NCBI GenBank assembly: GCA_964016885.1
Contig: OZ024742.1
Span: 86,862,001-86,926,000, forward strand
Direction: 5' to 3'
DNA length: 64,000 nt
From: Eledone cirrhosa
Taxonomy: Eukaryota
Shown here: one piece after another, positions 13,880 to 28,971 of the stretch
Position numbering within the stretch: position 1 is the first letter of the stretch
How the letters are laid out: each line of letters starts with the position of its first letter
The notes under the pieces: model-generated
What the model was told of the DNA's origin: nothing
Seen by the model: the letters and a program-made list of their open reading frames with translations, nothing else
The model's database searches: none
Program-made: the position numbers and the translations under genes

Positions 13880-14105
13880 AAGTTATTATATATTGGTAAA
13901 CGGAATAGAAAATGCTGACAAATTGTTCACAGTTAAAAAATGGTTTAATTAGGAATAAAAGAGTATTAGTGATTGTATGGGTTAGTATTCAGTTGTGGTT
14001 TTAAGTTTTTAAGTTTTTACCGGTTGCGCATTTCTAAATGCTTTTCAAAAATAATTTTGAGATAGAGTGTCCGTGCTGTTTGCTCAGATCAGAGCAAGCA
14101 GCACG
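13880..14105 (-). mobile_element. Short dispersed repeat with HHR-like motif (14015-14051)
   Basis: Inverted homolog at 47070-47262; TTGAAAA-gcatt..aatgc-GCAA-CCGG-TA. Confidence 0.7.
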
Positions 14106-14106
14106 G

Positions 14107-14163
<57 letters not shown>

Positions 14164-14188
14164 TAAACGGAATATATATATACATGTA

Positions 14189-14222
<34 letters not shown>

Positions 14223-14223
14223 C

Positions 14224-14660
14224 GATAAGTCGCGATGCTGCATGGTCGTTAGACATGGGTAGCTACTGCAGAGCATATGCGATGGCTGGAGAGAAATGCT
14301 CCGTTGTATGTGCAATGTCAATGTGCGTGAACAGCCGGGCATGGATGTTTTGAGAAGAAACTGTATCTGTGAGTGATAAATTGTTGTGTGCGGGAGAAGA
14401 GACTGCAGTGGTATGGACATGTGATGCGTATGGAGGATGACCGATGGGTGAAGAAGTGCCAAAAAATGCCAGTTGAAGGGAGGCGTCGTAGAGGAAGACC
14501 ACAAAAAATATGGGCGGAGATGGTGAGAGCATACCTCAGATCGCTGAAGCTCACGGTGGAGATGACGAAGGACCGTGATGAGTGGAGAGATGCTGTGCTG
14601 ATTAGGTCTCGTCCCACCCTTGCAAGCAGGGAAAAGCGGGCGTAAAATGATGATGATGAT
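14224..14660 (+). mobile_element. RTE-type LINE 3' fragment
   Basis: RLQWYGHVMRM...VEGRRRRGRPQKIW; (TGA)n tail. Confidence 0.9.
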
Positions 14661-14719
14661 ATATATGTATGTATGTATGTTTGTATTTATGCAGGTATAA
14701 ATGCATATTCCTCAATGTG

Positions 14720-15240
14720 GTAAAGTTGGCTGATCAGAATGAAGTGCAATAATTGTAGGAGTTGGTCTAGTAATGTACCAGCTTTAGCTGTCGCTAATCA
14801 GAAAAGGCAGGTAGGCGTAATAACCAAACTCGCTATTCTAAATATCGTAATAGTGCGAACCTTTACACCTGGTCATGAGTCTTGGCTAATGACCCAAAAA
14901 TTAGAATCGCGTATACAAGTGGCCGAAATGAGTTTCTGCAGAAGTTACTCGATAGAGAGTGCAGATCGGAGATCGGAGAAGCACTCCAGGTAGAGCCCCT
15001 CTCAGAATTCAGATATCACAGGTTTGATATTATGAACCTGGTTTAGAATGTCTAAGGAAATAATCACTAGACAGATTTTACGGCTGGTGACCCAAGTGTA
15101 GATTCCAAACTAGATGTTTGGATAACTTCGATTATCTTTTGCATTTGGGGATGCATACGTATTTGTTGTAGATGGTTGTTTCTGACAGGATGCTCTGGAA
15201 AGAGTGTTTGAGAATGCATCCCCCACGATCATCTTAATAA
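14720..15240 (+). mobile_element. Old RTE-like LINE 3' fragment
   Basis: GHESWLMTQKLESRIQVAEMSF. Confidence 0.7.
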
Positions 15241-15546
15241 TATGGTGGTGAGGATGAAGTAGAAGAAGAATCGATTTTTGATCAGATAATTTACCGAACT
15301 TGGCCCTAAACAGATGTCAAAAAGCTCTACGTCTTCCTTAAATTATTATCAATAACGTATCAACTGGAGTGCAGCTATTATAAAAACAGAGATAGTTTTA
15401 AATGTACATCCTCTGGCCCTCTGTTTATTATATAATAACCAGAGGATGTACATTTAAAATTAGCTCTCTTCTTTATTATATATATATAAATATATATCTA
15501 TATCTATATATATATATATGTGATGTGTGTGTGTGTGTGTATCTAC

Positions 15547-15874
<328 letters not shown>

Positions 15875-16221
15875 ACGTAACATTGAACAAAGCATTGATT
15901 TATGTCCAATGACCATAATTCTGACAGTGTACATTCAGTGTGAAATATTTAACATCTAGCTTGATATACAATTCTTCTTCGTAAGATAATTAAAATCACA
16001 ACTAATCGCTGACGCACGTTTCTATGTTGACAAGAGATAATTTATGAATTCTCATAGTTCATGCTTAGAGAGTTTTGAGGTTAGACTTTGAGGCTTCTGT
16101 CTATAGTAAATATCATAGCTGATCTTTTTTATTGTTACACTAATCATTGCTTATCAAATTCCAGTAATGAACTAGTTTTACTATGAAATTCATCTATATA
16201 TATGTATATATATATATATAA

Positions 16222-16555
<334 letters not shown>

Positions 16556-19307
16556 CTATGATAGAAACCGATAGAAACCGAACAGACAAAAACAGAGATG
16601 CAAATAATTTCGACTCTTAACGCTTTAACACTATTAAAAGCGCACCTCACAACACCTTATTAAACTCAATCGATCTAATAAAACTAGTTAAGAACATAAG
16701 GTACAGAAAACATCATAGTAGAAATAATGCATTCTTAAACAACCTTAACTCTACTATTAAATGATTTAATAAAAAAAAAGTAATTCTAGTACATTCTTAC
16801 AAAACTAATAATATATATAGCCTAGTTATAGAACATTTATATATAAAGAACTACATAGGAGTTATAACAAAACCGCTATCAAAAACCTCGAGGATATAAA
16901 TATAGAAGGCCATAGTATAGAATGTAAATTAGGACATCAGAGACATACACAGCCATACACCCCTAACCCCCCAATATTCTCTCTGAAAGACCACACGGAA
17001 GACTTTAATAGTAGCCCTTCTATAAGACTAATTTGCCCCTCCAAATCTGACAATGGAATTATCAGCAAACAAAATATTAGATAGAATCATCCAAAACTTT
17101 AAGCATAAAAATATATCTTAACCAGTGGAGAAATACCGGTGAAGTTATTGGATGGTTCAGTGATATTAAAGAGAATACAAATTAAAAAAAAATATACAAT
17201 TTGATATTAATTCATACTACACCTCTATTTCCCTTATCCTATTAAATAAGTGATTAATTATGGCTATGAACAATATTGACCTTACTATATCCCAAATGGA
17301 TGCCATCATTGCGGCACGAAAAACCATAATTGCATTTGAAGATCAATTATGGACCCGCAAGGATACATATTACAACTTTGACATAACTATGGGATCTAGT
17401 GACTCGGCGCAGGTCTATATCTCTTAAATGAAATTCATAGGAATCTACCCTACCTCAATGGTGGTTTATACCGCGATGATGCACTACTTCTTATCGACTA
17501 AAAAATTCAACATCGAAAGAATTAGAAAACAATTACATAACATTTTCAAAAAAATCAGCTTACGTATTACCTTAGATAAAAACACTAAAAACGTTAACTT
17601 CCTTGATACAACCCTTTACCTGGACTCTAAACCAAATCTTTTCATAAACCAAACGAAAAACTACTTTATGTAGATACCAACTCTAACCACCCTAAATCCA
17701 TATTAAACTCAATTACTAAAGGAATGTCAAATAGAATCTTTACTCAATCATATAATGAAACCATATTTAACAGTAATTCCTTATACTATAATGAGGCCTT
17801 AGGTAAATCAGGCCATACAAATTAAATTAATTTGTTATCTATAAAATCACATAGTTACAACATGCTCACAATATGGCAATCAGGAAAAATAATAAAAGTA
17901 CTAGCCACTTTAACTCTGATACGAAGAGTAACATCAACCTAACTCGCACCAGAATAAACACCCCAGTAATAGTATAAACAGAAATATAAACAGTACCTCA
18001 AATAACATAACAAAAAACAAAAATAAAAGAAGAACTGATACATTTTTCAATCCCCCATTCAATCGAAACGTCTCTACCAACTTGCCTAAGGCTTTTTTCT
18101 CACTCCTAGACAAAAAAACTTCGCAGTCGGCTACACATACCTTAATCGTATCAATAAAAATACCATTAACATCTCTTACTCTACCACACCTAACATCGCA
18201 TACCATATAGCTAGTAGTAATAAAAGGAACGTTAATAATTATTTCCAGCTAATTAAATCACAACAGTGGGTAAATTTAAATAGCAACATAGTACGAGAGA
18301 ATTCTAGTAGCAATAATAATAATGGTAATAGCACTAATGAAATTAATAACAATGAGAATGATAACCACCATTACCCTAATGCTATCCCTAACAACCATGC
18401 ATCTACACAACATAGTAACCGGCTAGCAAACAACTAGAATAACTGTAAATGCAGAACAAATAGAACTTGCCCCTTAGGTAAACATTGTTTAATCAAAGAC
18501 ATCATTTACTCATGCATAGTCAATACAAACATCTCTTCAAAAACATATATCGGTTCTACTTCGAACTGCTTCAAGACGAGATATAACTCGCATCTCCACA
18601 CTTTCAAAAATCTAGCCAACTCCACTTCTTTATCTAACTACATACACTCTCTGAAAACTAGGAATATACCATATACACTTCAATAAGAAATAATAGATAG
18701 GGCCGCATCATATAAACCACCGAATACATTATGTAACCTCTGTATTCTAGAAACATGCACTATAATCTATTATAAACTAAACCTTTTAAATAGAAACTCA
18801 GAAATGTTTTCCATGTGCCCACACTACCACCGACACTCTTTCCATAACTTTAAACCTAGCTGCTAGTATATAACAAGGTCATATCTGGATTCCTCACCAC
18901 CATTAACACTTCCCCTCTAGGTCTATCGGCATATAATTACCCCCACAGCATGACACTGTATGGTCAGCTCATTCTTCTACTTAACTCCTATTTATCTCAA
19001 CCATATACTCTACAATTAGGAATAAACATAAATATACCAACATTTAATATAACTACTATAGATTACTTATATTTTAAATGTATAAATTAATAGCATTCTA
19101 TATAAGGGATTCACTTATAACATAATATAATGTATATTAATAAAACAAGAGATTTAACTAATTGGAACTGTAAACAACTATACATTTTTTCTATAGCTTA
19201 ATTATATTTTATACAGCAATGGATAGATAACAATATAATGGGACCTTTAATATATTATAGGAAAATAGATTGTATTTAAAATCAAATATAAATGAATAGC
19301 ATTGGAT

Positions 19308-19485
19308 TGGCAGTATCAGTAGAGGGTCGGACGCCATGCTTTCCATCATAGTTACGTTCCTTTACGATCTGAGTTCAAATCCCGCCGAGGTTGACTTTGC
19401 CTTTCATCCTTACGGGGTCGATAAAATAAAGTACCAGTAATGCAGTGGTATTTGCTGGCCTTGTGCCTAAAGTAGAGGCAATTAT
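19308..19485 (+). mobile_element. tRNA-derived SINE (Meta-domain-like centre)
   Basis: A-box-like tggcagtatcagtagag, B-box gagttcaaatccc, gcctttcatccttacggggtcgataaaataaagtacca. Confidence 0.88.
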
Positions 19486-19839
19486 ATAAGAGGGATTCAA
19501 TATATAATAGCATTATATTAGAGGGTAACACAATATAATGTATTTGGAATTTAACCAATTGATGCTCTAAACAACTATACATTTTTTCTATTTTTTTTCT
19601 ATCATATTCAAATTAATCGTTACTTACCTCCTCTTTCACATTATCTCCCTTTAATATAGATCTCAAACTCACTTCCGGAAATAAAACCGTTAGAAGAATC
19701 ACTCCAGAACAACTCGAACCCTGGATAACAGTATAATAGGAGCAATATACAATCCATAGCTGAAACTAATTATAAACTTTCACTTAAATAAAATATAAAA
19801 TATAAATATAAATGTAATGGAAAAGAAAACAATAATATT

Positions 19840-19940
19840 AATTGTTTCTACTTTTGGCACAAGGCCAGCAATTACCCAGTACATTAGTGGTACTTTATTT
19901 TATCGACCCCGTAAGGATGAAAGGCAAAGTTAACCTCGCA
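19840..19940 (-). mobile_element. SINE 3' fragment
   Basis: Same family as 19308-19485, inverted. Confidence 0.8.
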
Positions 19941-20400
19941 ATACATGAACCAACTGAACATTACAGAAACAGTTATCACACTACATCTACCATAAACTCA
20001 TAATTTTAATACACAAACATCGTTGTCTGCCTGATATGCTTGTAAACCTGTTTTATTTTATGTGATATCTTTGCCATAGAGTAATTATATATGCCTAGCA
20101 CCATTGATTGTTTCCTACCTAGCTGTCCTCTATATGCCTAACGCATTTGCACTCTCTCTACGCTTGCATATGTACTGCTAATGTTGCTTAATACCTCTTT
20201 AATTATTTTACTATTCTCTTTTAATCTCTGTAACGTGCATTCTACTCAGACCATCTTTAATTATTTTACAATTATCTTATAATCTCTGACACATCCATTC
20301 CACTCTGTAAATGTGAAACTGTTGATGACAACATTAATATCCATGTGTCTATATGATGTTCAGTTGAATAGGAAGTTAATTATATGTCCCAACTTTGCTA

Positions 20401-20447
20401 GTGCTCCGATGATCCCAAACCAAAGTTTGGAAGAAACGAGTAAAATG
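20401..20447 (+). ncRNA. Hammerhead-like motif with CCGATGA core at the PLE 3' end
   Basis: CCGATGA-tc ccaaac caaa gtttgg aa-GAAA-CGAG-TA; stem I does not pair. Confidence 0.5.
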
Positions 20448-20644
20448 TTTTGAACATAGTTTTAATTAATGTGTAATTTATATTTCTGCTCTGTAAAACA
20501 TCGGATGTATTTACGTTGAGCTATTTTTCTTACTGGTAATACGGTAGTAATGAATTACTGACCTTTCCTTTTTATAGTTGTATATAGTATATATATAACT
20601 ATACATAATATTATTATTGTTATGTATATATATATATATATATA

Positions 20645-20725
20645 TTTATTAAAATAACAGATTAAAGTTTAAGCAATAAATCGCTGCTTTCACCCTTAAC
20701 GGGATCTTCACATTTATTATTATTG

Positions 20726-20797
<72 letters not shown>

Positions 20798-22460
20798 ATA
20801 ATAATAAAATTGAAGACTAAAATCCAAAGAGGGCTCGATAAGGAAAATATATACCAAATATATAAGCATTTTCCCCCTACACATAAAGATAGTAAAATTT
20901 TTAGTAGAAATACTATTAACATTTCTTACTCTACGACTCCTAACCTTGCACATAACATCACAGCTTCAAATTTAGCTAAACTACTTAGTCGTAGGAACAC
21001 GTGCAACCCTGTAGTTAGTACTAACTGTAATTGTAGGAATCGGGCTGATTGCCCCCTATCCGGGAAATGCCTCTCTAGTAACATTGTCTACAACTGTAAG
21101 GTTGTAACACCCACGTCCCGTAGGGCCTACATAGGGTTAACCGCCAATAGTTTCAAGCAGCGTCTTTACATGCATATCGATTCTTTTCGTTACCCCCTAA
21201 GAAGGAATATGACGTCACTTTCAGCTTATATCTGGAGTCTAAAAGACAACCACACCCAATATAAGTCACACTGGGAGATCCTAGCTAGGGCTAGATCGTA
21301 TAACGGAAATAAAAGACCATGTGACCTCTGCGCCCTGGAAATACACTACGCTACAGACAACATCTTAAACAAAAAATCTGAGGCAATTTCGGCTTGTAAA
21401 CATAAATTGCACAACATTTTCCTGTATTACAGCCCCACGTTATACTCTAACGGATAGGACAATCTATACGTGGATATTTTACGTCTTGATGTGGGAGCTA
21501 AGTATATGTTTTGTTTATTCCTTTACTTATTTGCTTAGGTAAGTATATATTACCCGTATGTTTTGTGAAGGTATATATACCTTCTCGTACGTATATTTGA
21601 CTGTTATAGCGTATAATTTATTCTGGTATTTATGGTTTGGCTATGTGTATACGGGAGTTTTGCGTCCGCGTGAGTATGCAGGTTCGTACGTATGGTGGGT
21701 GTGTGTATATGTGTACTTCTTGTTTTAGTTGACTTACGTCTCCGAACATTAGTGTATTTATATGTAGGTATGCGTGTGCGTTTGTTATATACGTATTTAT
21801 TTACTTATATACGTTTATATAATTATTTATCTATTTGTACACACGCATACACACACACACATATTTATATGTGCGTGGTTTTGTATACCCATGGTAAGGT
21901 TTTGCGTATGCTTGTGTATGTACGTATCTGTTTGCGTGTATGTATTTATTTTATTTGTTTCTATTACTTCTGTATCGTATTTATTTACTTTGTTCTTAAC
22001 TCTGTAGCGGAGATTCATTTGGTCTCCTAGTTAGAATTTTAGTCTACAATTTCTGCTATACCATTTACGTGGTTTTGTCTTTGCGTGCTATTGTTCTCCA
22101 CGCTCCACATATGACTTATTATCTTCGTTTTTTCGTTCATTGCCAGAGAATGGCTCTATGCACCACCTAAGAGAACATTAGTCTACGACCTCTTTTATAC
22201 CATAAACGTGGTTTTGTCTTTGCGCGTAATTGTTTTTTACCGCTCCTATTAATGACGTATTATTCGTTTTTTCCCGTTCTTTACCAGCGAACGTTACCAC
22301 GAACCAAAGTATCGTCTTCCTGTCTTCCTCCGGTTGCAACGTTTTTTGAAATATCCAGTTCTGCGTTTACAGATTGACTTTGTTAGTTTCAGAAGATCCC
22401 TTTAAGGGTGAAAGCAGCGATTCTTTGCTGAAACTTTAATCTGTTATTTTAATAAATATA
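20645..22460 (+). mobile_element. 5'-truncated PLE with inverted pLTR end at its 5' side
   Basis: GIY-YIG ORF at ~20800-21457 (CNCRNRADCPL, NIVY, YIG, CDLC, NKKSE); 20645-20712 is the inverse of 22390-22457. Confidence 0.92.
22385..22435 (+). ncRNA. Mutated pLTR hammerhead (second mutated copy at 20666-20715, minus)
   Basis: agttt-CAGAAGA-tccc tttaa gggt-GAAA-gca..tgc-TG-aaact. The copies carry different lesions; their consensus is canonical. Confidence 0.7.
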
Positions 22461-23089
22461 TATATATATATATATATATTTTCTTTATTATCAGGTCTAT
22501 TACTAACACACCTTACAGGACAGGCGCTGCGTTGACTGGAGCAAATATTCCCACTGTGTCCGGTGAAAAACATATAAGTAACTTATATGAATGACGGCGT
22601 TACACACTATCGAAAGAACAATAATATATAGAGAAGCAACAACATATAGAAAGTGATTAACAAAACACTACCATCAACGGATGTTATTTTGGATTTGTTA
22701 TTGAAATAGATATCTGATGATTTCTTCAATGAAATAATAAAATGCCTGTCATTAATTTCCATGGAAATTATATAGAATTATCCACTCTATCTACCTGATG
22801 TATTTGGCATCTCGCCGTAAATCTGATTTCATACCATTCATTTTATATAAAAATATAAATAATTATATTTTGTGCGCGCATTTGAAAATGTCAGCACAAC
22901 ACAATGACGACTACAATGCATATCCAGCAGAAATAGATTTAATAAATAAAGTTCATTAACCGTATATAAGCATGAAACAACATCAGAGAAATGTGATAAT
23001 GGGTATCTATTTTATTAAAAATATACTAATTTAAGAACATGCATATACACACACGAACAACCACTTAATTATCGATGTCAATTCTCACT

Positions 23090-24145
23090 TTACCTCTGAA
23101 TCCATTTGATACATAATTTCCCCCGTGAAACTGACCTGGAACAGGTGGATTGTAATGTATCCCAGTGAAAGCGGATCCCAGCATGAAACCCATTTTGTGT
23201 ATATAACCCTATATACATGTATACCCACGTATTTGCTAGTGAGTTGATGTGCGCCTGTATGCGTAAATACTTATGTATTGTTTTGTATTCACATGTATAT
23301 ATGTCGCGTTAAGTCTCACTCATTTAGATAAAAAGCGTAAATGTGCCTTGTAATAGGAGGTGAATAAATATAAATGAATGTAAAGCAATATCACGACAAA
23401 CTGAACTGATAACGGAGGTATGGCATGGAAATTAAATTAAATTGGTTTATCAGAAATATTGACACTTCACCTTCGAATTTAAAATAAGAGAAGCCATTAA
23501 TAGATGAAGAAGCAGAATGTGATAAGAATTGTTTAAGTATTTCAGTTAACATTGAATATTCTATATACTGAGAGGTAGTTTGAAGTTTCGAACTTTTTCT
23601 GTTTTCTGTTAGTGAATGTTTAATGTTAAACATAGATGTTTGCGCGTATGAAAACAAGGCATTGGGTTTGAGTGTAAGTGTTCACATTTCTTTAAGATAA
23701 TCGCTTTATACTAATGTCCTTTCCAATGCGTAATACATAGAGAAATATCTTCTAACTTAGCACAGGATCAATTCAAAAATTCTGATTTAAATTTGATAAA
23801 TATTAGCTGTTCTGATGCACAGGGATTTCCCTTGTGTATTGAAATATCCCAACTTCTTTGCAAGCATCCATACAAAGCGTTTGAGTCGCATTTATTTTTT
23901 ACTGGAACCCCTTCCTAAATCATATACCATGTTGCTTACTGGACATAATATATACTCTTTGATTAAAAAATAAATATTTATTTCGAAATATACTTATGCA
24001 TGTTCCGGGCTTATAATCTTGTAGATTGCATCTGTGTTTTTAATTTCTATTATACATTTATTATATAAATAAACATATGTAATGTCCCGCCAAATCTTGG
24101 CACATAAATACGGCTGACTCCTTTGTTAGAACTTCATGATTCTAG
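23090..24145 (-). pseudogene. Decayed C-type lectin-like exons
   Basis: ttctag|NHEVLTKESAVFMCQDLAGH; long Cys/Trp-containing frame with few stops; KWVSCWDPLS exon ending at a GT donor; paralogous to 30850-30955. Confidence 0.4.
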
Positions 24146-24590
24146 AATTTAAAGAAAAATACATACACATTTGATGTTCTACTAAATATGTATCCAGAAT
24201 TGACCATTTGTAATTTCACGTGTGTAAATACATCAGGCTATACAAGGCACTCTAAATTACATAATCATATACCGGTTCAACGTCTCTTGAAATAGTAAAC
24301 TTTAATCCATGATATGCAAGCCAAAATTAGGTTGTATATGCACTGTGCACAAGCACATGCATCAACGCATAAATGGTTAGCATTGATTGTACTAGTCTAA
24401 CGAGTCGAAGGGTAGGGAAAGATGGATATACATCTCTCTCTCTCTCTCTAACTCCCTCTCTTTCTCTCTATCTCTACACTCACACACACACATATATATA
24501 TATATTTATAATAATTTCGTATTTCGCTTACGACTGCTGGACTAGAAGACAGGCGAGAATATATAGTTTTCTCGTCTGTGTAAATGAGGG

Positions 24591-24634
24591 ACCGTCCTGA
24601 CGATGGCCAGTTAAGTCTGAAATGCATAGACGGT
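24591..24634 (+). ncRNA. Intact minimal type I hammerhead
   Basis: accgtc-CTGACGA-tggc cagttaa gtct-GAAA-TGCA-TA-gacggt. Confidence 0.88.
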
Positions 24635-24764
24635 TGTCCCCCTTAGAGGGCGTTAGCCCCCGGTGTTTTCATAGCTACGGCTTCCTAAAAACGCATTTCT
24701 TTGGAAATAAGAAATTATTATACATATTCTATAAAGCTTAATCCTATTTATTTTCTATATATAT

Positions 24765-25480
24765 ATTTGGTTTGCGAGGTTTTTGATATGAAACCGTGTG
24801 TCGAAACAAATATTGTTATACACAAGCACAATAACAACAAACACATATAAACACAGGCTAGTAAATTAAGATAGAATACAATAACCAAAACACAGTCACC
24901 CAAACGCGAACACACACCATACACTAAACACAGACGCAAACGCATCGGCAGAGAAGAAGACAAAAAAAAAAAAAATAAATTAACAGATAAAATAAAAATG
25001 GCGTAGACATAAAATACAACAGGAGGAACATAATGGTACCAGTGATGATGTTACAGATATGCAACGAAAGAACTTTGTTAAACTATATATATGTGTTTAT
25101 ATCTATATTATATCTGTATTTTTGACCGTTGGTAAGTCAATGATAAACATAGAGGACCAAATGAATTAACTGTGGCGATATAAAAGATACAGAAGGGAAA
25201 CCAACCAAACAGTGAGTGTGTTCTGTTACTATTTCTGGCAATATGTGGATTGGCAGTATCGGTAGAGGGTCGGATGTCATGCTTTGACGCATAGAGTTAC
25301 GGCCCTTGCCATTCTGAGTTGAAAGCCCGCCGTGGTTAACTTTGTTCATCCTTACGGGGTCGATAAAATAAAGTACCAATAATTCACTGGTGAATTGCTG
25401 GACTTGTGCCAAAAGTAGAAACAATTATTTCTGGTAATGTTATTACAACAATATGAACCTCCCCAAGTATAACAATATAT
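24765..25480 (+). mobile_element. Solo pLTR-like repeat (copy at 60280-60750) with a SINE insertion
   Basis: Colinear with 60280-60750; mutated HHR gtgatga-tgttaca gata tgcaac-GAAAgaactt. Confidence 0.75.
25251..25428 (+). mobile_element. tRNA-derived SINE
   Basis: Same family; flanked by near-duplicated tatttctggcaat / tatttctggtaat. Confidence 0.88.
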
Positions 25481-25674
25481 ATATACACAAATAAATCCAC
25501 CAATTAATTGTAGAGTCCAAGCTGTATGGAGAAATCAATGTAATCCGTATGTAGAAGATGTCGTGAAGCAAAGTTTAAGATACAAAATTTCAACGATATA
25601 ATTCATTGGAAGCAGAGTCAAAATAATACACATATTGAAAAAATGAAATTCATAGTAAAACTGTAATTCATAGT

Positions 25675-25821
25675 AAAACTCATTATTTTACGATCGTTTC
25701 TGGGGGATATTTCTCGGTACGTTCATTCTATAAGTGGTCTATGTAAAATATAACAAATTATCAAAGTAAAACAATATACATAATACTTCCCTACCCGCCG
25801 TCTTCAGAAATAATGAGTTTT
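25675..25821 (-). ncRNA. Hammerhead with 14-bp stem I and extended stem II, in PLE pLTR fragment 25490-26340(-)
   Basis: aaaactcattattt-CTGAAGA-cggcggg...ccccca-GAAA-CGATCG-TA-aaataatgagtttt. Confidence 0.85.
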
Positions 25822-26367
25822 GTTTATTAAAGAATATAAAAACATTTATGAATAAGTAACCTTTTAAAAACAAGGTTGAGATTGGCCAATAGTAAAAATA
25901 GGAAGGGGCAATCTAGATCATTAAGCTCGTAGTAGTAGATGAATAAATTAGTAGTCAGGGGATGAGGTATCGAATGACCTTTAAGAAAATACAAGAAAGT
26001 TGCGAGTGTAAAGGAATTTAGGGAGATTGTATAGAAAAGTTTGAACGGACAAGGAAGATTAAAGTTGGAGGGAAAGGGGTGCAGATGTCAGTGTGTTATA
26101 TCTAGTAGAATAGTATAGAACAATCCTAAGTATTTGTTATTTATTTGTTCAAGAGGAATAATTTGTTCTAAAAATAGAACTAGTAGAACCAAAGAAAAGT
26201 ACAGTTTAGATAAAAAAATATATAGGTGAGAAAATAATAAAATTTGTGTAAGTATTGTATTGTGTTAGGGTGATCAGAATGAAGTTTTACCTGTAGTGAA
26301 TTGTATTTTCGAAAGAGGAAATCTCATTCATAATCTGTATAATAATCTGTCTATATATATATTCATA

Positions 26368-26398
<31 letters not shown>

Positions 26399-26449
26399 CG
26401 TTTCTGAATTTGTTTAGCAAGATTCTTTATCTGAAAACGTGTGTTGAAA

Positions 26450-27499
26450 GCGATATTGTTATACTTTGGGAGGGTCATGTTGCCAATAAGAAACACACGC
26501 ATCAACAGCTTTCACTTCAATTTATTATAATAAATTTATAAATTTAGGAACTTATACATTTCCGGTTGGTTGGTTGGTTCCACAACCAGATGGTTGTCAA
26601 AGTTCTTTCCTCACACATTATGTGACCTCTTCAAAGACTGGGGATTCTTTTGTTTGTTTTTTGTGCCTCTCCTTTGTTCTGTCCTACATCATCTTGTTTG
26701 TGTGTGTGTGTTGTGTGCTTAGTTTGCGCATGTGTTACATCCGTGTGTCTGTGTGTGTTTATATTCGTTTATTTATTTGTTTATTTACATGTTACTGGTT
26801 GGTTGTTTATTCTATGTGCGTGTGTGTTTTCATTTTGTCCTTAAATGTAAGTTGTGATGTTGCTGTTCCACTCATGTTTCTATTTAATTTTTGTTGTAAT
26901 TCATTTATGTTTATTGCCTCTGTGATTTGTCTAAATATTGCGTCTTTTCTGTGTGTAGATTCTATTTGTAACTCTATGTTCTCTAATTTACCCTAATTTA
27001 CCTTAATTTACCTTAAAAGGTAAATTAGAGAACATAGAAATAATAAATATAATCTACACACAGAAAAGACGCAATAAACATAAATGAATTACAACCAAAA
27101 TTAAATAGAAAACATGAGCGGAACAGCAACATCACAACTTACAATTAAGGACAAAATGTAAATACACACGCACGTAGAACAAACAACCAACCAGTAACAT
27201 GTAAATAAACAAATAAACACACACAGACACTCGATGAAACACATGCGCAAACTAAGCTCACAACACACATGCAAAAACAAGATGACGTAGGACAGAACAA
27301 AGGAGAGGCATAACAAACAAAGAAAATAATCCCCAGTCACTGAAGAGGTCACAGAATGTGTCACGAAAGGACTTTGACAACCATCTGGTTGTGGAACCAA
27401 CCAACCGGAAATTTATAAATTCCTAAATTTATAAATTTACTATAATAAATTGAAGTGAAGAGGCTGGTGCGTGTGTTTCTTATTAGCAACATGACCCTC

Positions 27500-27505
<6 letters not shown>
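26450..27505. mobile_element. Inverted pair of PLE 3' ends (EN tail plus pLTR); family of 52690-55990
   Basis: 26450-27000 is inverted relative to 27015-27505; HHRs at 26596-26638(-) and 27336-27378(+). Confidence 0.9.
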
Positions 27506-27546
<41 letters not shown>

Positions 27547-27678
27547 GTGAGGTGTTTTTTACAAAATGAAAAATAACCGAGGTGTCCTACACGAGTGAAA
27601 GTATAAAGAAAAAGAGATAAAATCGAAAATGCAACTAGAGTCTTATTTTTTTTTTAAATATATATATTTATTTGGTTC

Positions 27679-27714
27679 CTTTACCGGTTTCGCAGTTCTT
27701 CTGCTTTTCAAAAG
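27679..27714 (-). ncRNA. Family A U3-A8 hammerhead
   Basis: ctt-TTGAAAA-gcag aagaa ctgc-GAAA-CCGG-TA-aag on the minus strand, within element 27541-27735. Confidence 0.72.
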
Positions 27715-27749
27715 ATGGGTTGAGATGGAGGGTCTGTATACAAATTATT

Positions 27750-27789
<40 letters not shown>

Positions 27790-27794
<5 letters not shown>

Positions 27795-28920
27795 TAGAAG
27801 TCTGTTTTTATTATTTTAAATAGATCTACTGTCAAATTTTCCTACTCCACTACCAAGAATATACAACAGAATATAAGTGCATACAACACATATAAGTGTA
27901 GAAAAACCATAAATATACCACCAACACATCAACTCAACCATAATAATACTATAATAAACCAAAACAAACCACCTTCTTCTTCCCCTATTATAGGTACCGT
28001 AAACTCTACACCAATTTTGACTAATAATCTCCAAAACAAACAGAATTCTACTAACTCGACATCCCCTAAATTATCACCCACCAACATTCTGTCTAACCAT
28101 ACTAATCTAATTACAACCCATTCTAAACCATACATTAATGAAAATAGTAGCACTAATACCACAATAGAGAACACAATTAACTCTCCTGTCACAATATTTA
28201 CGAATGGCTGTACCAGTAGAATCAAAAGAAATTGCCCATTAAAGGGAAATTGTCTTATTAATAATATAGTCTATAAATGTGTAGTTAGTACTAGGGACTC
28301 CACTCAATCATATATAGGAGCTAAGTCTAACCAATTTAAAGTAAGATTTAATACCCACAAACATAGTTTTTAAAATGCCGCATTAGCAAATACAACCTCC
28401 TTGGCTGAAACAATTAATAATCATAGAAAGGAGGATATTGATTATAACCTGACCTGGAGCGTGCTCAAAAGGGCCACCCCTTATCAAAATAGCAGATATG
28501 AGTGTAGGCTATGCTCCCAAGAACTATTTGAAATCATGAAATCTAATGATATCCTATTAAATAAGCGACAGGATTTATTTATATCATGCAATCATAGAAT
28601 TAGAAAAAAAACTTCAAATACTATAAACTTAATTAATATATACCTCACTCTTATATTTTACAAATTATTATAATTAATTTAAAAAAGAAAATTAATTTAG
28701 TTTACCTATGATTAGATATTTACTACAAATAATTTCATACTTTTATTTCCCTCTTGCAGCTCACTTTACCTAAAATTATCTTTAACCTCACTACCTTTTT
28801 AACCGCATCCCCTATCTATCACATTCAATACCTAGGATTAGTAAATATAATTAATATCTTTAATATTATGGATCTTTAGATAGACACACTACTTTTTATA
28901 AATTTTCTCTATTTCAGTCT

Positions 28921-28971
<51 letters not shown>

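Larger units (their letters stand above)
16557..20620 (+). mobile_element. Near full-length decayed Penelope-like element (Naiad-like)
   Basis: IRLICPSKSD, FDINSYY, FDITMGS, GGLYRDD, VNFLDTTL, FFNPPF, CKCR..CPL, YIG, CNLC, LLNRNSE; many stops. Confidence 0.92.

Noticed and set aside
19308-19400. tRNA genes
   Set aside because: The A/B boxes belong to SINE heads; no cloverleaf.
22710-22750. CTGATGA-tttcttcaat-GAAA
   Set aside because: Stems I and II do not form convincingly; probably chance in AT-rich DNA.
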